A stretch of 64,000 nt of DNA from an uncultured bacterium (GTDB taxonomy: Bacteria; Krumholzibacteriota; Krumholzibacteriia; Krumholzibacteriales; Krumholzibacteriaceae), in contig CAWBAN010000002.1 in assembly GCA_963786935.1 (NCBI GenBank), positions 1 to 64,000 of the forward strand. Reading direction: 5' to 3'. Made by a program: the position numbers and the translations under genes. Every line of letters starts with the position of its first letter. The first letter of the stretch is position 1. Below are positions 54,163 to 63,915 of this stretch, in pieces. The notes beneath the pieces are model-generated. The model searched no databases, was not told the DNA's origin, and saw nothing but the letters and a program-made list of their open reading frames with translations.

Positions 54163-54789
54163 TCAGCTCTCTCCCCATTCGTCGGAGATGATGTACGCGG
54201 CGCGGCAGTTCGGGCAGAGCGCCCGTATGAAATCCCCGCGATCGAGCGGCCGCTCCGGGCTGCGGGGCGCCGTGTCCTTCGCGAGGCTCAGCGCGTTGTG
54301 CCGGGCGACCATGAACGTCTGATTCGCGTAGGCGAGCTCGCCGAGCTTGTCGGTGCACCACCGGACGTGGTCGATCGTCGTCACGGGCTGGCCGCAGTGC
54401 TCGCAGAAGAGGAGCTCCTTGTCGTGCGTGTCGATGAAATCGGCCGTATCGGTGGTCGATTTGTCGAAATCCTTGTCGAGGACGATCCCCTTCTTCGTGA
54501 TGCAGTAGACGAAGCACTGGCTGCACATGATGCAGTTGCCCCAGTTCCGCTCGATGCGGCGGACCATACGCTTCTTGTCCTCGCGGTACTCGTCCGCGAT
54601 CGTGATGGCGCCGGCGGGGCACACCTGGCCGCATGCGCCGCAGCCGACGCAGTCCTCGGGGACGTAGGTCGGCACGCCGCGGAAGTGCTCCGGCACGACC
54701 GGCGGCGTCTTGGGGAACTTCGACGTGTAGGGCCCCTTGATCAGGGCCTCGACCGCGAATTTCAGCTCTCTCAGTTTCGGATAACGCAT
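54163..54789 (-). CDS. 2x[4Fe-4S] ferredoxin subunit (NuoI/MbhN-like)
   Basis: CVGCGACGQVCP, CIMCSQCFVYC, plus CEHC..CPNC. Confidence 0.9.
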   Translation of the reverse strand: MRYPKLRELKFAVEALIKGPYTSKFPKTPPVVPEHFRGVPTYVPEDCVGCGACGQVCPAGAITIADEYREDKKRMVRRIERNWGNCIMCSQCFVYCITKKGIVLDKDFDKSTTDTADFIDTHDKELLFCEHCGQPVTTIDHVRWCTDKLGELAYANQTFMVARHNALSLAKDTAPRSPERPLDRGDFIRALCPNCRAAYIISDEWGES

Positions 54790-54814
54790 GCCGTCACAAA
54801 CTCCCGTTTCCCGA

Positions 54815-55162
54815 TTACGCCTTGTCTTCCGCGCCCTCGCGGTCCTCGGCGTACTTGTCGCTCACGCTCTTGTCCCACAGCTTGATGCCCGCCCGGTGCG
54901 CCGCGCGCGAAATCGCGTGGGCCGCCGTCGGCGAAGTGATGAGGATGAACCATATGCAGAGCAGCGCCTTGATCGTGATCGCGCCGAATCCCGCGAAGAA
55001 GAAGACGCTGAGCAGAATCATGGCCGTGCCGAGGGTGGCGCACTTCGTCGCCGCCTGGAGCCGGTTGTACACGTCGGGAAGCCGCACGAGCCCGATGCAC
55101 CCGAAAAGGTCGAATGCGACGCCGACGGAAAGGAGCACGTAGCCGATGAATTCGCTATTCAT
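54815..55162 (-). CDS. mnhG: Na+/H+ antiporter subunit G
   Basis: GLVRLPDVYNRLQAATK, TSPTAAHAISRA. Confidence 0.92.
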   Translation of the reverse strand: MNSEFIGYVLLSVGVAFDLFGCIGLVRLPDVYNRLQAATKCATLGTAMILLSVFFFAGFGAITIKALLCIWFILITSPTAAHAISRAAHRAGIKLWDKSVSDKYAEDREGAEDKA

Positions 55163-55409
55163 CGAAGCCCCTCCCCTCGAGATATTTGGCGAGCGCGAGC
55201 GTGCCGATGAAATTGAGGAGCGCCCACGAGATGCCGATGTTCATGTACAGGTCCCGCTTCGTCATGATCGAGAATATCGCGCAGAAGCCCACCATGAGAA
55301 TGCCCATGATATCGATGGCCACCGTCCGGTCGGGCGCCGTCGGCCCCTTTCCGACGCGGTAGAGGCACATGAACATGCAGAGAATCAGAAGCGCGATGAA
55401 TACGTTCAC
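55155..55409 (-). CDS. mnhF: Na+/H+ antiporter subunit F
   Basis: YRVGKGPTAPDRTVAID..FIGTLALAKYL; GTG start. Confidence 0.9.
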   Translation of the reverse strand: MNVFIALLILCMFMCLYRVGKGPTAPDRTVAIDIMGILMVGFCAIFSIMTKRDLYMNIGISWALLNFIGTLALAKYLEGRGFDE

Positions 55410-55891
55410 TCGAATATCCTTTCCAGATATTTCTCGAAGTTCGCGACGATGATCTCCGTATCCTTCTGAATATCGGCGGACTGGACGTTGATCCAGTGGA
55501 TGTACAGGTGGTCGCCGATCATGTCGACGGTCATGGTGCCCGGCGTCAGCGTGATCGAGTTCGCGAGGAACGTCCGGCCCATGTCGCTCTTCAGCCTCGT
55601 CCGCACTTTGACGATGCCGGGCTTGATCGGGAGATAGAGGTTGAGCACGCGGTACGCGACGTCGAAATTGGCCTTGATCAGCGCCCAGAGAAACACCCAG
55701 AAGTAGCAGAAGAGCCAGAAGAAGCGCCGGGGATGGAACACCCGGACCCCCTCGTACGGGAAGATGTCGCCGAGGAGGAGCTCGGCGAGGAGCGCGACGA
55801 CGAGGCCGGCGAGCATTTCCTGAAGCGTGAACGACCACGTCAGGAGCAGCCAGATCGCGTAGATGATGAAAAAGTGGACGAGACGCTTCAT
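55406..55891 (-). CDS. mnhE: Na+/H+ antiporter subunit E
   Basis: ANFDVA, PGIV, LANSITLTPGT, LYIHWI. Confidence 0.92.
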   Translation of the reverse strand: MKRLVHFFIIYAIWLLLTWSFTLQEMLAGLVVALLAELLLGDIFPYEGVRVFHPRRFFWLFCYFWVFLWALIKANFDVAYRVLNLYLPIKPGIVKVRTRLKSDMGRTFLANSITLTPGTMTVDMIGDHLYIHWINVQSADIQKDTEIIVANFEKYLERIFE

Positions 55892-55895
55892 TCTA

Positions 55896-57404
55896 TCACC
55901 CGCCGAGTATGTATCCCATGTACGAGAGCTTGTCGAGCAACGCGTCGCGCGCGGCCTGAAGCACCGTCTGGTCGAGTATCGGATACGCGAGACCGAGCCC
56001 GATGCAGAGAATCGCGAGCACGACGAGCGGCAGCGTCATCCCGAACGGCGCTTCCTTGATGTTGACGAACCGCGCCGGGAGCTGCCCGAAGATCACGAAC
56101 CGCTGCAGCTTGATGAACGACAGCAGCGTCATGAAGGCCACGAGCACGGCGATGCCGCCGTACACGTAGTAGCCGGCCTGAATGAACGCGACGATGATGA
56201 TCAGCTTGCTCCAGAAGCCGTTGAACGGGGGCACGCCCGAGATCGACAGCGACGCGATCGAGCAGGCCACGCTGGTCACCGGCATCTTCCGGATGAGGCC
56301 GCCCATCTCGTAACGGTTCCTCGTTCCCGTGCGGTACTCGAACGAGCCCGAGCAGAGGAACAGGAGCGATTTGAACACGGCGTGGTTCACCATGTGGTAG
56401 ATCCCGCCGAGGAGCCCCATCGCCGCGATCGCCGGCGGCACGTTCGGATTCAAGCCCAGGCCGAGCCCGATCGTCACGTAGCCCATCTGGCTGATCGAAT
56501 GGTACGCGAGCATGCGCTTGAAATCGGACTGGCCGACGGCGAGGAACACGCCGACGACCATCGAGAGCGCCCCGAGGAACATGAGAATGCTCGACACCGC
56601 CTCGTTCGGGCCGATCACGTCGAACATGATGCGCGCGATCGCGTACACGCCGATCGCCTTGATGAGCACGCCGGAGAGCATCGCCGAGATCGGCGCCGGG
56701 GCGCTCGGATGCGCGTCGGGGAGCCACGCGTGGAACGGCACCGTCGAGGCCTTGAGGCCGAAGCCCATGATGAACATCGCGATGACGAACGCGACCGCCT
56801 TGTTGATGCCGACGATCTCGATCTGCCGCGCGAGATCGGGCATGTTGAGGGTGCCCGTCATCGAGTAGAGGAACGCGATGCCGAAGAGGATCGTCGTGCT
56901 GGCGACGCTCCCGAGGATGAGATACTTGAACGACGCCTCGAGCTCCTCGTGCTCGCACCCGAACCCGACGAGGGCGTAGGAGGCGATCGAGGCGATCTCG
57001 AGGAACACGTAGATGTTGAAGAGGTCCCCCGTGATGACGACGCCGTTCATGCCCGTGAGCATGAGGAGGAAGAGCGAGTAATACTTCGGCTTCGCCGTGT
57101 ACGTCGTCATGTACTTGATCGAATAGATGATCGAGAGGAACGCGATGACGTTGACGATGACGAGCATGAGCGAGCTGAGCCCGTCCGAGACGAGGAGGAT
57201 GCCCCACGGCGCCGGGAACCCGCCGACGCGGTACGCGAAGGGCTGCTCGAACACCGTCAGCACGGCGAGAACGGCGAGCGTGCCCGCCGCGAGGAACGCG
57301 ATATAGTCGGCCGCCTTCTTGTTGATCTTCGTCACGAGAAGAGTGAAGAAGGCCGCCGCGAGCGGCAGCGCGGTGAAGAGCGGATATGTGGTCTGCATAG
57401 TCAC
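55896..57404 (-). CDS. MrpD/MbhH-like antiporter subunit
   Basis: DLFNIYVFLEI, PFHAWLPDAHPSAPAPISAMLSG, KRMLAYHSISQMGY, NHAVFK. Confidence 0.92.
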   Translation of the reverse strand: MTMQTTYPLFTALPLAAAFFTLLVTKINKKAADYIAFLAAGTLAVLAVLTVFEQPFAYRVGGFPAPWGILLVSDGLSSLMLVIVNVIAFLSIIYSIKYMTTYTAKPKYYSLFLLMLTGMNGVVITGDLFNIYVFLEIASIASYALVGFGCEHEELEASFKYLILGSVASTTILFGIAFLYSMTGTLNMPDLARQIEIVGINKAVAFVIAMFIMGFGLKASTVPFHAWLPDAHPSAPAPISAMLSGVLIKAIGVYAIARIMFDVIGPNEAVSSILMFLGALSMVVGVFLAVGQSDFKRMLAYHSISQMGYVTIGLGLGLNPNVPPAIAAMGLLGGIYHMVNHAVFKSLLFLCSGSFEYRTGTRNRYEMGGLIRKMPVTSVACSIASLSISGVPPFNGFWSKLIIIVAFIQAGYYVYGGIAVLVAFMTLLSFIKLQRFVIFGQLPARFVNIKEAPFGMTLPLVVLAILCIGLGLAYPILDQTVLQAARDALLDKLSYMGYILGG

Positions 57405-57420
57405 TGCGTCTCGATCCTCT

Positions 57421-57771
57421 CTACCCTTTGAGCCTGTTGATTTCGCTCATGTCGAACGTTTTGTATTTCTCGTACAGCCGCAGGCATATCGACGTCATGA
57501 GCGAGAGCACCCCGAGCCCGATCACGATCGAGGTCAGCACGAGCGCCTGCGGCAGCGGATCGACTCCGTATTCGGCGAGCTCCTGCACGGTCATGTCCTT
57601 GAACATGATCGGGGCGATGCCCTTCGCGCGATACCCGATGATGATGATGAACAGGTTGATCGCGTAGTCGGTGATCGTGAGCCCGATGATCTTCTTGATG
57701 ATGTTCTTCTTGGCGATCAGGCAGTACACGCCCATCACGAAGAGCACAAGGGTGAGAAAATAGAGAATCAT
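57421..57771 (-). CDS. mnhC: Na+/H+ antiporter subunit C
   Basis: KNIIKKIIGL, DPLPQALVLTSIVIG. Confidence 0.92.
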   Translation of the reverse strand: MILYFLTLVLFVMGVYCLIAKKNIIKKIIGLTITDYAINLFIIIIGYRAKGIAPIMFKDMTVQELAEYGVDPLPQALVLTSIVIGLGVLSLMTSICLRLYEKYKTFDMSEINRLKG

Positions 57772-57789
57772 GGCGTGCTGCTCCCTTTC

Positions 57790-58278
57790 CTATTCTTCCT
57801 CTTCCGCCTCTTCCACGAGCTTCGAAACGAACCGTCCGAATATCGAGAGGGCGAGGAATATCGCGAAGAGCGACGAGGTCACCTTGAGCCCGATGAGAAT
57901 GTTGTACAGCGGGATCACCCCGGCGCTCACGAGATTGAACGGCGTGCCGTGCGGCGGGAAGTTCAGGAAGAAATACCCGAACGCCATCCCGACGATGGCC
58001 GTCGTCGCGAAAAGCAGCGCGGCGCTGTTGTCGATGATCGAAGCCCACCGGTCGCTCATCTTGCCGAGCGAGACTTCCTTCCCGAACGCCAGCGTCAGGA
58101 GGACGTACCCGCACGCGAGGATCGTTCCCCCCGCGAAGCCTCCCCCCGGCGTGAGGTGCCCGTAGATGATGATGTACCACCCGAACATGAAGACGATCCC
58201 CATGGCGAACCGGACCACCGTCTTGACGATGGGGGTCATCCCCTTCGGGCTGTCGCTGCTGATGAGCTCCGGCTTCAT
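57790..58278 (-). CDS. MnhB/MbhF-like subunit
   Basis: GHLTPGGGFAGG, GLKV. Confidence 0.9.
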   Translation of the reverse strand: MKPELISSDSPKGMTPIVKTVVRFAMGIVFMFGWYIIIYGHLTPGGGFAGGTILACGYVLLTLAFGKEVSLGKMSDRWASIIDNSAALLFATTAIVGMAFGYFFLNFPPHGTPFNLVSAGVIPLYNILIGLKVTSSLFAIFLALSIFGRFVSKLVEEAEEEE

Positions 58279-58282
58279 CTCG

Positions 58283-58885
58283 CTACTCCCTGAGATCCCC
58301 GTAGTCCTCGCGGATCTCTTCCTCGGACAGGATGCCGACCTTTTCGGTGTCCGCTTCCGTTCTCCGTTTGCGGCCGCGGCGCCGCAGGATGACGAACGAG
58401 CCCAGGATCGAGACGAAGATCACCGTCGCCTCGCCGAGCGTGTCGTAACCGCGGAAATCGAGAATGATGGCCGCCACGATGTTCGCGGCCCCCGTTTTCG
58501 CGAGGCCGTTCTGCAGGTACTCCCGCGAGACCTTGAGAAGCGGCTGTCCGAACGGCGGCAGCTCCTGAACGGCGAGGAACGCGAAGACGAGGAAGAGGCC
58601 GAAAAAGATGAGGCTCGAGACGACCGCGAAGGTGTCCCAGTGCGCCTCGATCGTCGTGTTGTCGATCGTGATGGTGGCGCGGATCAGGATCACGAGAATG
58701 AGAATCTCCACCACCACCTGCGTGATCGCGATATCGGGCGCCCCGAGCATGAGGAACGCGATGCTGACCGCCGCGCCGACGATGCCGCACGAGATGACCG
58801 ACGAGAGCAGGTTCTTGGTCTCGATGGCAATGATCGACCCGACGATCATGAATATCAGGAGCACGAATAGAAATGTCTCAACCAT
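58283..58885 (-). CDS. DUF4040 / MbhD-MbhE-like fused subunit
   Basis: APDIAITQ; NIVAAIILDFRGYDTLGEATV. Confidence 0.88.
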   Translation of the reverse strand: MVETFLFVLLIFMIVGSIIAIETKNLLSSVISCGIVGAAVSIAFLMLGAPDIAITQVVVEILILVILIRATITIDNTTIEAHWDTFAVVSSLIFFGLFLVFAFLAVQELPPFGQPLLKVSREYLQNGLAKTGAANIVAAIILDFRGYDTLGEATVIFVSILGSFVILRRRGRKRRTEADTEKVGILSEEEIREDYGDLRE

Positions 58886-58900
58886 CCAGCCGCCTCGCCG

Positions 58901-60766
58901 TTACAGCTTGAAGATCAATATGAACGACAGTACGCCGAGCCCGATCACGATCCACGACAGGTACGTGGAGAGATTCCCGTTGTGCAGCATCCGGAGCACC
59001 TGGACGAAGCTGTCGCCGAGCTTGCCGAAGAAGTTGTAGCCGTCCAGTGCGCCCTTCTCCCCGTCCTGGAACAGCGTCTTGATCGCGGGGCCGAGATCCT
59101 CGGTGATCGTCCGGTAGAACTGCGTGCCGGGGTACCGGATCTCCTCGCTGTCCATGACGTTCCCGCCGATCCAGACGTTCTCGTCGGTGCGGTAGGCCTT
59201 GCTGCTCGTGAACGCGTATATGAGGAACCCGAGGATCATGCCCACGACGAGGAGCGCGGTCGCCGCGCCGGGGCTCCAGAATCCGTCGGTCGGAATCGTC
59301 ATGATGTTGCCGGAAGCGACGTGGGCCGCCGAGCCCCCCGTCACGACCGGGATGATGAACTTCTCGAGCGGATAGCCCGCGAAGACGCCGAAGGCGACGC
59401 AGAGAATCGCGAGGAACACCATCGGCAGCTGCATCGAGAAGTCGACCTCTTTCACGCGCTCGAACCGCTCGGGGCGCCGGCTCAGGAACACGGAGTGCAG
59501 CACCTTCACGAACGAGGCGAGCGTCAGGGCGCTCCCGAATATCGCGACGATGAGGAATATGACGTGCCGGCTCTCGAGCATGCCCTGATAGATGAGCCAT
59601 TTCGACGCGAAGCCGTTGAGCGGCGGGACGCCGGAGATCGCCAGCGCGGCGACGGTCATCGTGGCGAAGGTTACCGGCATGAGGCGCGCGAGCCCGCCGA
59701 GGTCCTCGAGCTCCGTCGTGCCGGTGCGCTTCTCGATCGCCCCGGCGCCGAAGAAGAGCAGGCTCTTGTAGATCGCGTTGTTGACCATGTGGAAGAGGCC
59801 CCCCACGATCGCGATCGGGATCCCGCTCCCCACGCCGAGCACCATGTAGCCGACCTGGCTCACCGCGTGGAACGAGAGGAGCTTCTTGAGGTTGTGCTGC
59901 ACGAGCGCCATGAGGACCGCGAACAGGATCGTCACCGCGCCGACGGCCATCATGACCGTCGAGAGCGTGGAGCCGGCCTGAATCGCGAAGATATCCATCG
60001 AGATCCGCGCGAGGAGATAGATGCCGAGCATCTTGTCGAGCGCGGCCGGCAGGAACGCCATGACCGACGCCGGCGTCGAGATCGCGATCGCGGGCACCCA
60101 CGAATGGAACGGCATGGCGCCGGCCTTCGTGATCGCGCCGACGAAGAGGAGCACGAACGCGACGATGCCGAGCGGAGTGGTCGTCGGGATCGAAAGCTCC
60201 GAGATCGTGAGCGTGCCCGCCTGCGCCCATATGAGGATGATTCCGAGGAGCATCGCCGCGTCGCTCAGCCCCAGCACGGCGAAGGCCTTCGCGGCCGCCT
60301 TCTCGTGGTCCTTGTCCCCCATGTTCACGAGGAAGAAGAGGATGGCGGTGAGCGCTTCCCAGAAAATGAGCAGGATGAGAAGGTTGTCGGCGAGCACCGC
60401 GCCGGCGGAGGCGGCCAGCGTCCAGAGGATGAACGAGTAGTAGATGCTCGACTTGTCCTTGCCCCAGAGATACCCGAGCGAATAGACGATCGAGATGACG
60501 GCGAATACCGAGATGAAGAGGAGCACGAACGAGCTGAAATTGTAGAGCCTGAGAGCGAAATCGAACGGCATCGCCCCGGCGATGGTGAACATGGTGACCG
60601 AGTGGAGAACGTCCCCCGCGCCGAAGAGCGCGATCACGCGGAGCAGCACGTAGACGGAGGCGGCGAGCGCCACGATCCCCGCCACGATCTTTCCCCTGCG
60701 GGGGATGAAGATCGGGATGATCCCCGCAACCGCTGGAATTACTATCGGATACAACAGTTCGTGCAT
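58901..60766 (-). CDS. NuoL/HyfB-like proton-translocating antiporter subunit
   Basis: LIFWE, KAGAMPFHSW, KLLSFHAVSQVGY, GVPPLNGFASKW; lateral helix ending LHNGNLSTY. Confidence 0.9.
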   Translation of the reverse strand: MHELLYPIVIPAVAGIIPIFIPRRGKIVAGIVALAASVYVLLRVIALFGAGDVLHSVTMFTIAGAMPFDFALRLYNFSSFVLLFISVFAVISIVYSLGYLWGKDKSSIYYSFILWTLAASAGAVLADNLLILLIFWEALTAILFFLVNMGDKDHEKAAAKAFAVLGLSDAAMLLGIILIWAQAGTLTISELSIPTTTPLGIVAFVLLFVGAITKAGAMPFHSWVPAIAISTPASVMAFLPAALDKMLGIYLLARISMDIFAIQAGSTLSTVMMAVGAVTILFAVLMALVQHNLKKLLSFHAVSQVGYMVLGVGSGIPIAIVGGLFHMVNNAIYKSLLFFGAGAIEKRTGTTELEDLGGLARLMPVTFATMTVAALAISGVPPLNGFASKWLIYQGMLESRHVIFLIVAIFGSALTLASFVKVLHSVFLSRRPERFERVKEVDFSMQLPMVFLAILCVAFGVFAGYPLEKFIIPVVTGGSAAHVASGNIMTIPTDGFWSPGAATALLVVGMILGFLIYAFTSSKAYRTDENVWIGGNVMDSEEIRYPGTQFYRTITEDLGPAIKTLFQDGEKGALDGYNFFGKLGDSFVQVLRMLHNGNLSTYLSWIVIGLGVLSFILIFKL

Positions 60767-60790
60767 TCTTTCGACTCCGGTCCCGCCAGT

Positions 60791-61999
60791 TTAGCCGTTC
60801 CCGCGGCCCCCGGCAAACCTTTTTCTGATCTCTTCGGTCTTCTCCACGCTCATCCGCACGAGATCCGCCTCGGTCAGGATCCGGCGGCTGCCGTCGCGCC
60901 GGTCGACGACCGCCATGCGCTCCGTGCACGAGTAGCACGGATCCACGGCAGCCGTGATGAGGCCGGCGTCCGCCACGGTGTTCCCGAGAACGCTGAGCTC
61001 GTTGGTGAGAATGTTATTGAAGCTCGGCGCACGCACCTTGTGCCGCATCGGCATGTTGCCGCCGTTCGAACGCACGTAGTGGAGCACCTCGCCGCGCGGC
61101 GCCTCGTACACCCCGATCCCTTCGCCCGGCGGCACCTCGCCGATCTCGGCGCAGATGTCCCCCGGCTTCGTTTCCTCGATGAGCTTGAGGCACTGCCGGA
61201 TGATCTTGATCGATTCGAAATTCTCGAGCTGCCGGACGACGGCTTTGTCGAAGACGTCGCCGTGCTCGCAGAGGATCACGTCGAATTTCACCTTGTCGTA
61301 CGCGTCCATCGGGTGATCGCGCCGGTCGTCGACGTCGTAGCCCGCCGAGCGGGCCGTGGGCCCGAGCGCCCCGTAGAGCCGGCACTGGTCTTTGTTGAAG
61401 ACGCCGACCCCCTTCGTGCGCGCGTGGATGACCGGATCGTCGAGAATCGCCTTCGTGAGCATCATGTTCTCTTTCTCGACGTTGTCGAGCATCTTGAGGA
61501 TGTTCGGGATCTCCTCCTGCGGGAGGTCGCGGCGCACGCCGCCCGGCTTCATGACGGCGTAGTGGTTGCGGTTCCCCGTGACCGCCTCGAGCACGTCGAG
61601 GACCGGCTCGCGGAAGCGCCACGTCCACATGAACACCGTGTTGTAGCCGAGGAAGTGCCCGGCGAGCCCCGTCCACAGCAGGTGGCTGTGGAGCCGCTCG
61701 AGCTCGGCGGCGATGCAGCGGATGAACTGCGCGCGGAGCGGAATCTCGATCCCGCACAGGTCCTCCACCGCCTTGACGTAGGCGTACGGGTGGGAGCACG
61801 AGCAGATGCCGCAGATGCGCTCGACGAGGAACGGCACCTGGTCCCACGTCTTGTGCTCGGAGAGGAGCTCGATCCCGCGGTGGCTCCACCCGATCGTGAT
61901 ATCGATGCCGACCACGCGCTCCCCGTCCGTGTGGAGCTCGAAAAACTCGGGCTCCTCGAGGAGCGGATGGAACGGGCCGATCGGGATTTTCTTAACCAT
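60791..61999 (-). CDS. Group 4 [NiFe]-hydrogenase large subunit
   Basis: GPFHP, HRGIE, L1 ERICGICS, EAPRGE, L2 DPCYSCTER followed by a C-terminal extension. Confidence 0.95.
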   Translation of the reverse strand: MVKKIPIGPFHPLLEEPEFFELHTDGERVVGIDITIGWSHRGIELLSEHKTWDQVPFLVERICGICSCSHPYAYVKAVEDLCGIEIPLRAQFIRCIAAELERLHSHLLWTGLAGHFLGYNTVFMWTWRFREPVLDVLEAVTGNRNHYAVMKPGGVRRDLPQEEIPNILKMLDNVEKENMMLTKAILDDPVIHARTKGVGVFNKDQCRLYGALGPTARSAGYDVDDRRDHPMDAYDKVKFDVILCEHGDVFDKAVVRQLENFESIKIIRQCLKLIEETKPGDICAEIGEVPPGEGIGVYEAPRGEVLHYVRSNGGNMPMRHKVRAPSFNNILTNELSVLGNTVADAGLITAAVDPCYSCTERMAVVDRRDGSRRILTEADLVRMSVEKTEEIRKRFAGGRGNG

Positions 62000-62010
62000 C
62001 GTGCTTCACC

Positions 62011-62532
62011 TCAGGGATTCTTGCCTTTCGGCGGCCGGCCCGCCGTCTCGTCCGCGCGGGTCTCGCCGTCGTCGCGATCCCGGACCGTCTCGTGGCTGTC
62101 CTTGACCTCGCGCTTGGCGGGGTAGAAATCCGCGGGGCGCGTGTCGGAGCGCAGGAGCGGCCGCAGATCCGGATGGTTCCGGAAGTTGACCTCGTACATC
62201 TCGAACATCTCGCGCTCGATCCATTTCGCGCCCGGGATGTAGGCCGCGATCGAGTTGAGCGTCGGGTTCGGCTTCGCGGCGAAGGTCTTGATCGTGACGA
62301 AGTAATGCTCCTTGTCGAACGGGAAGAAGAACATCACCTCGACGCCGTCGCGGTCGTCCACCGCGCAGCCGGTGTCGTAGCGGGCGCCGAGATCGTTGAA
62401 GAGGAAGCGGGCGAGGTCCGTCCAGATCTCGTTCTCCGCGTAGACGTACACGCGCTTGGGGCCCCGGTCGGCGATCTTGACCTTCGCGCCGAATTTTTCC
62501 GCTATCCGTTTCTTGACTTCTTCGCGTTCCAT
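62011..62532 (-). CDS. NuoC/MbhK-like subunit
   Basis: SIA..PGAKWIEREMFEMYEVNFRNHPDLRPLL. Confidence 0.9.
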   Translation of the reverse strand: MEREEVKKRIAEKFGAKVKIADRGPKRVYVYAENEIWTDLARFLFNDLGARYDTGCAVDDRDGVEVMFFFPFDKEHYFVTIKTFAAKPNPTLNSIAAYIPGAKWIEREMFEMYEVNFRNHPDLRPLLRSDTRPADFYPAKREVKDSHETVRDRDDGETRADETAGRPPKGKNP

Positions 62533-62543
62533 ATTCGACTCTC

Positions 62544-62957
62544 TTATAGCTGGTTCAGGACCTTGACGATTCCGGAAATGATCGTCTCCGGCTTCGGCGG
62601 GCAGCCCGGAATGTAGGCGTCCACCGGGATGTATTTGTCCATCGGGCCGACGACGTTGTACGCGTCGCGGAAGATGCCGCACCTGCAGCCGCACGCGCCG
62701 AACGCGACCACCTTGATCGGCCGCGGGGCCGCGTCGTAGAGGCGCCGGAGCCGCGGGAGTATGTTCGCCGTGACGGGGCCGCTGATGAGGAGCACGTCGG
62801 CGTGCCGCACGCTGCCGACGAGGATCACGCCGAAGCGCTCGACGTCGAAGCGCGGCGTGAGGCAGTCGAGAATCTCGATGTCGCAGTTGTTGCACGCCCC
62901 CGTGTTCACGTGGAAGACCCACGGGGATTTCTTCAGGGCTTTGAGCGCGAGCGACAT
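62544..62957 (-). CDS. Group 4 hydrogenase small Fe-S subunit (NuoB/MbhJ-like)
   Basis: GACNNCDIE, RHADVL, GACG, IPGCPP. Confidence 0.95.
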   Translation of the reverse strand: MSLALKALKKSPWVFHVNTGACNNCDIEILDCLTPRFDVERFGVILVGSVRHADVLLISGPVTANILPRLRRLYDAAPRPIKVVAFGACGCRCGIFRDAYNVVGPMDKYIPVDAYIPGCPPKPETIISGIVKVLNQL

Positions 62958-62970
62958 TCTTCCCGGCCTC

Positions 62971-63903
62971 CTAGTATCCGATGATCGCGAGGATCATCGC
63001 GATAGCCGACAGCGCGAACATCGGTCCCCAGAAAAAGCGGACCGCGTGGTCGATCCTGACCCTCGGATTCGTATTCCTGATGAGCACGATGATGACGACG
63101 ATGGCGACGTACTTGAGAATCGAGGTGAGAATCCTCCATCCCTCGAAAAACACGCCCCCCCAGAACAGCGTGATGATGAAGAGCGGGATCACGAGGTACA
63201 TGATCGCCGTGTTGAGCCGCACGATGGCGAGCGGGGCGCCCGAATACTCGATGTGCGTGCCCCCCGCGATCTCGGTCTCCGCCTCGGGAATGTCGAAGGG
63301 GAGGAAGCCGAGCTTCGCCTGCGCGCAGAATATCATGACGATGAAGGCGAGCACGCCCGAGACGCTCCCGAGCATGACGCCGTTGTATTCCTGATACATG
63401 AGAATCTTCTCGAACGAGAAGCTCCCCACCTTCACGACGGTCGTGAGCACCGCGATCACGAGCGGGAGCTCGTACGCGAAGAGGAGCTTCATCTCGCGGG
63501 CCGAGCCGAGCGCCCCGAGCGGGTTCCCCGACGCGCTGCCGCCGATGATGAGGGCGATCGCCGGGATCGTCATGATGTAGAGCACGACGATCGTGTCGCC
63601 GACGAACGAGTGCGCGGGGTTGAGGTTGACGAGCCAGAGGATCGTCGAGGCCAAGGTCGCCGCCGCGAGGCCGAGGACCGGCATGACGAGGAAGCCGGTG
63701 TGGCGCGCGCCCGCGGGGACCACGACCTCCTTGCCGAGGAGCTTGGCCGTGTCGGCGAAGGGCTGGTACCACGGCGGGCCGACCCGGAGCTGCACCCGCG
63801 CGGTGACCTTGCGGTCGACCCAGGTCGTGAGCAGTCCGACGACCGCCGAGAACACGAACCCGGGGAACACGAGGTACTTCACGAAATACGATACGGCTTC
63901 CAT
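62971..63903 (-). CDS. NuoH/MbhM-like membrane subunit
   Basis: RKVTARVQLRVGPPWYQPFAD, PFDIPEAETEI, EYSG. Confidence 0.95.
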   Translation of the reverse strand: MEAVSYFVKYLVFPGFVFSAVVGLLTTWVDRKVTARVQLRVGPPWYQPFADTAKLLGKEVVVPAGARHTGFLVMPVLGLAAATLASTILWLVNLNPAHSFVGDTIVVLYIMTIPAIALIIGGSASGNPLGALGSAREMKLLFAYELPLVIAVLTTVVKVGSFSFEKILMYQEYNGVMLGSVSGVLAFIVMIFCAQAKLGFLPFDIPEAETEIAGGTHIEYSGAPLAIVRLNTAIMYLVIPLFIITLFWGGVFFEGWRILTSILKYVAIVVIIVLIRNTNPRVRIDHAVRFFWGPMFALSAIAMILAIIGY

Positions 63904-63915
63904 GACACCTCTTCG

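Noticed and set aside
13270..62125. Long antisense ORFs (13270..15417, 16068..18113, 28162..30297, 34346..36724, 36654..38987, 38962..40881, 58982..62125)
   Set aside because: They are shadow ORFs opposite well-supported genes, as expected from high-GC codon bias.
60791..63903. Annotating the operon as NADH dehydrogenase (nuo) or MBX/MBS
   Set aside because: Both Ni-binding CxxC motifs and a maturation protease are present, so it is a hydrogenase.
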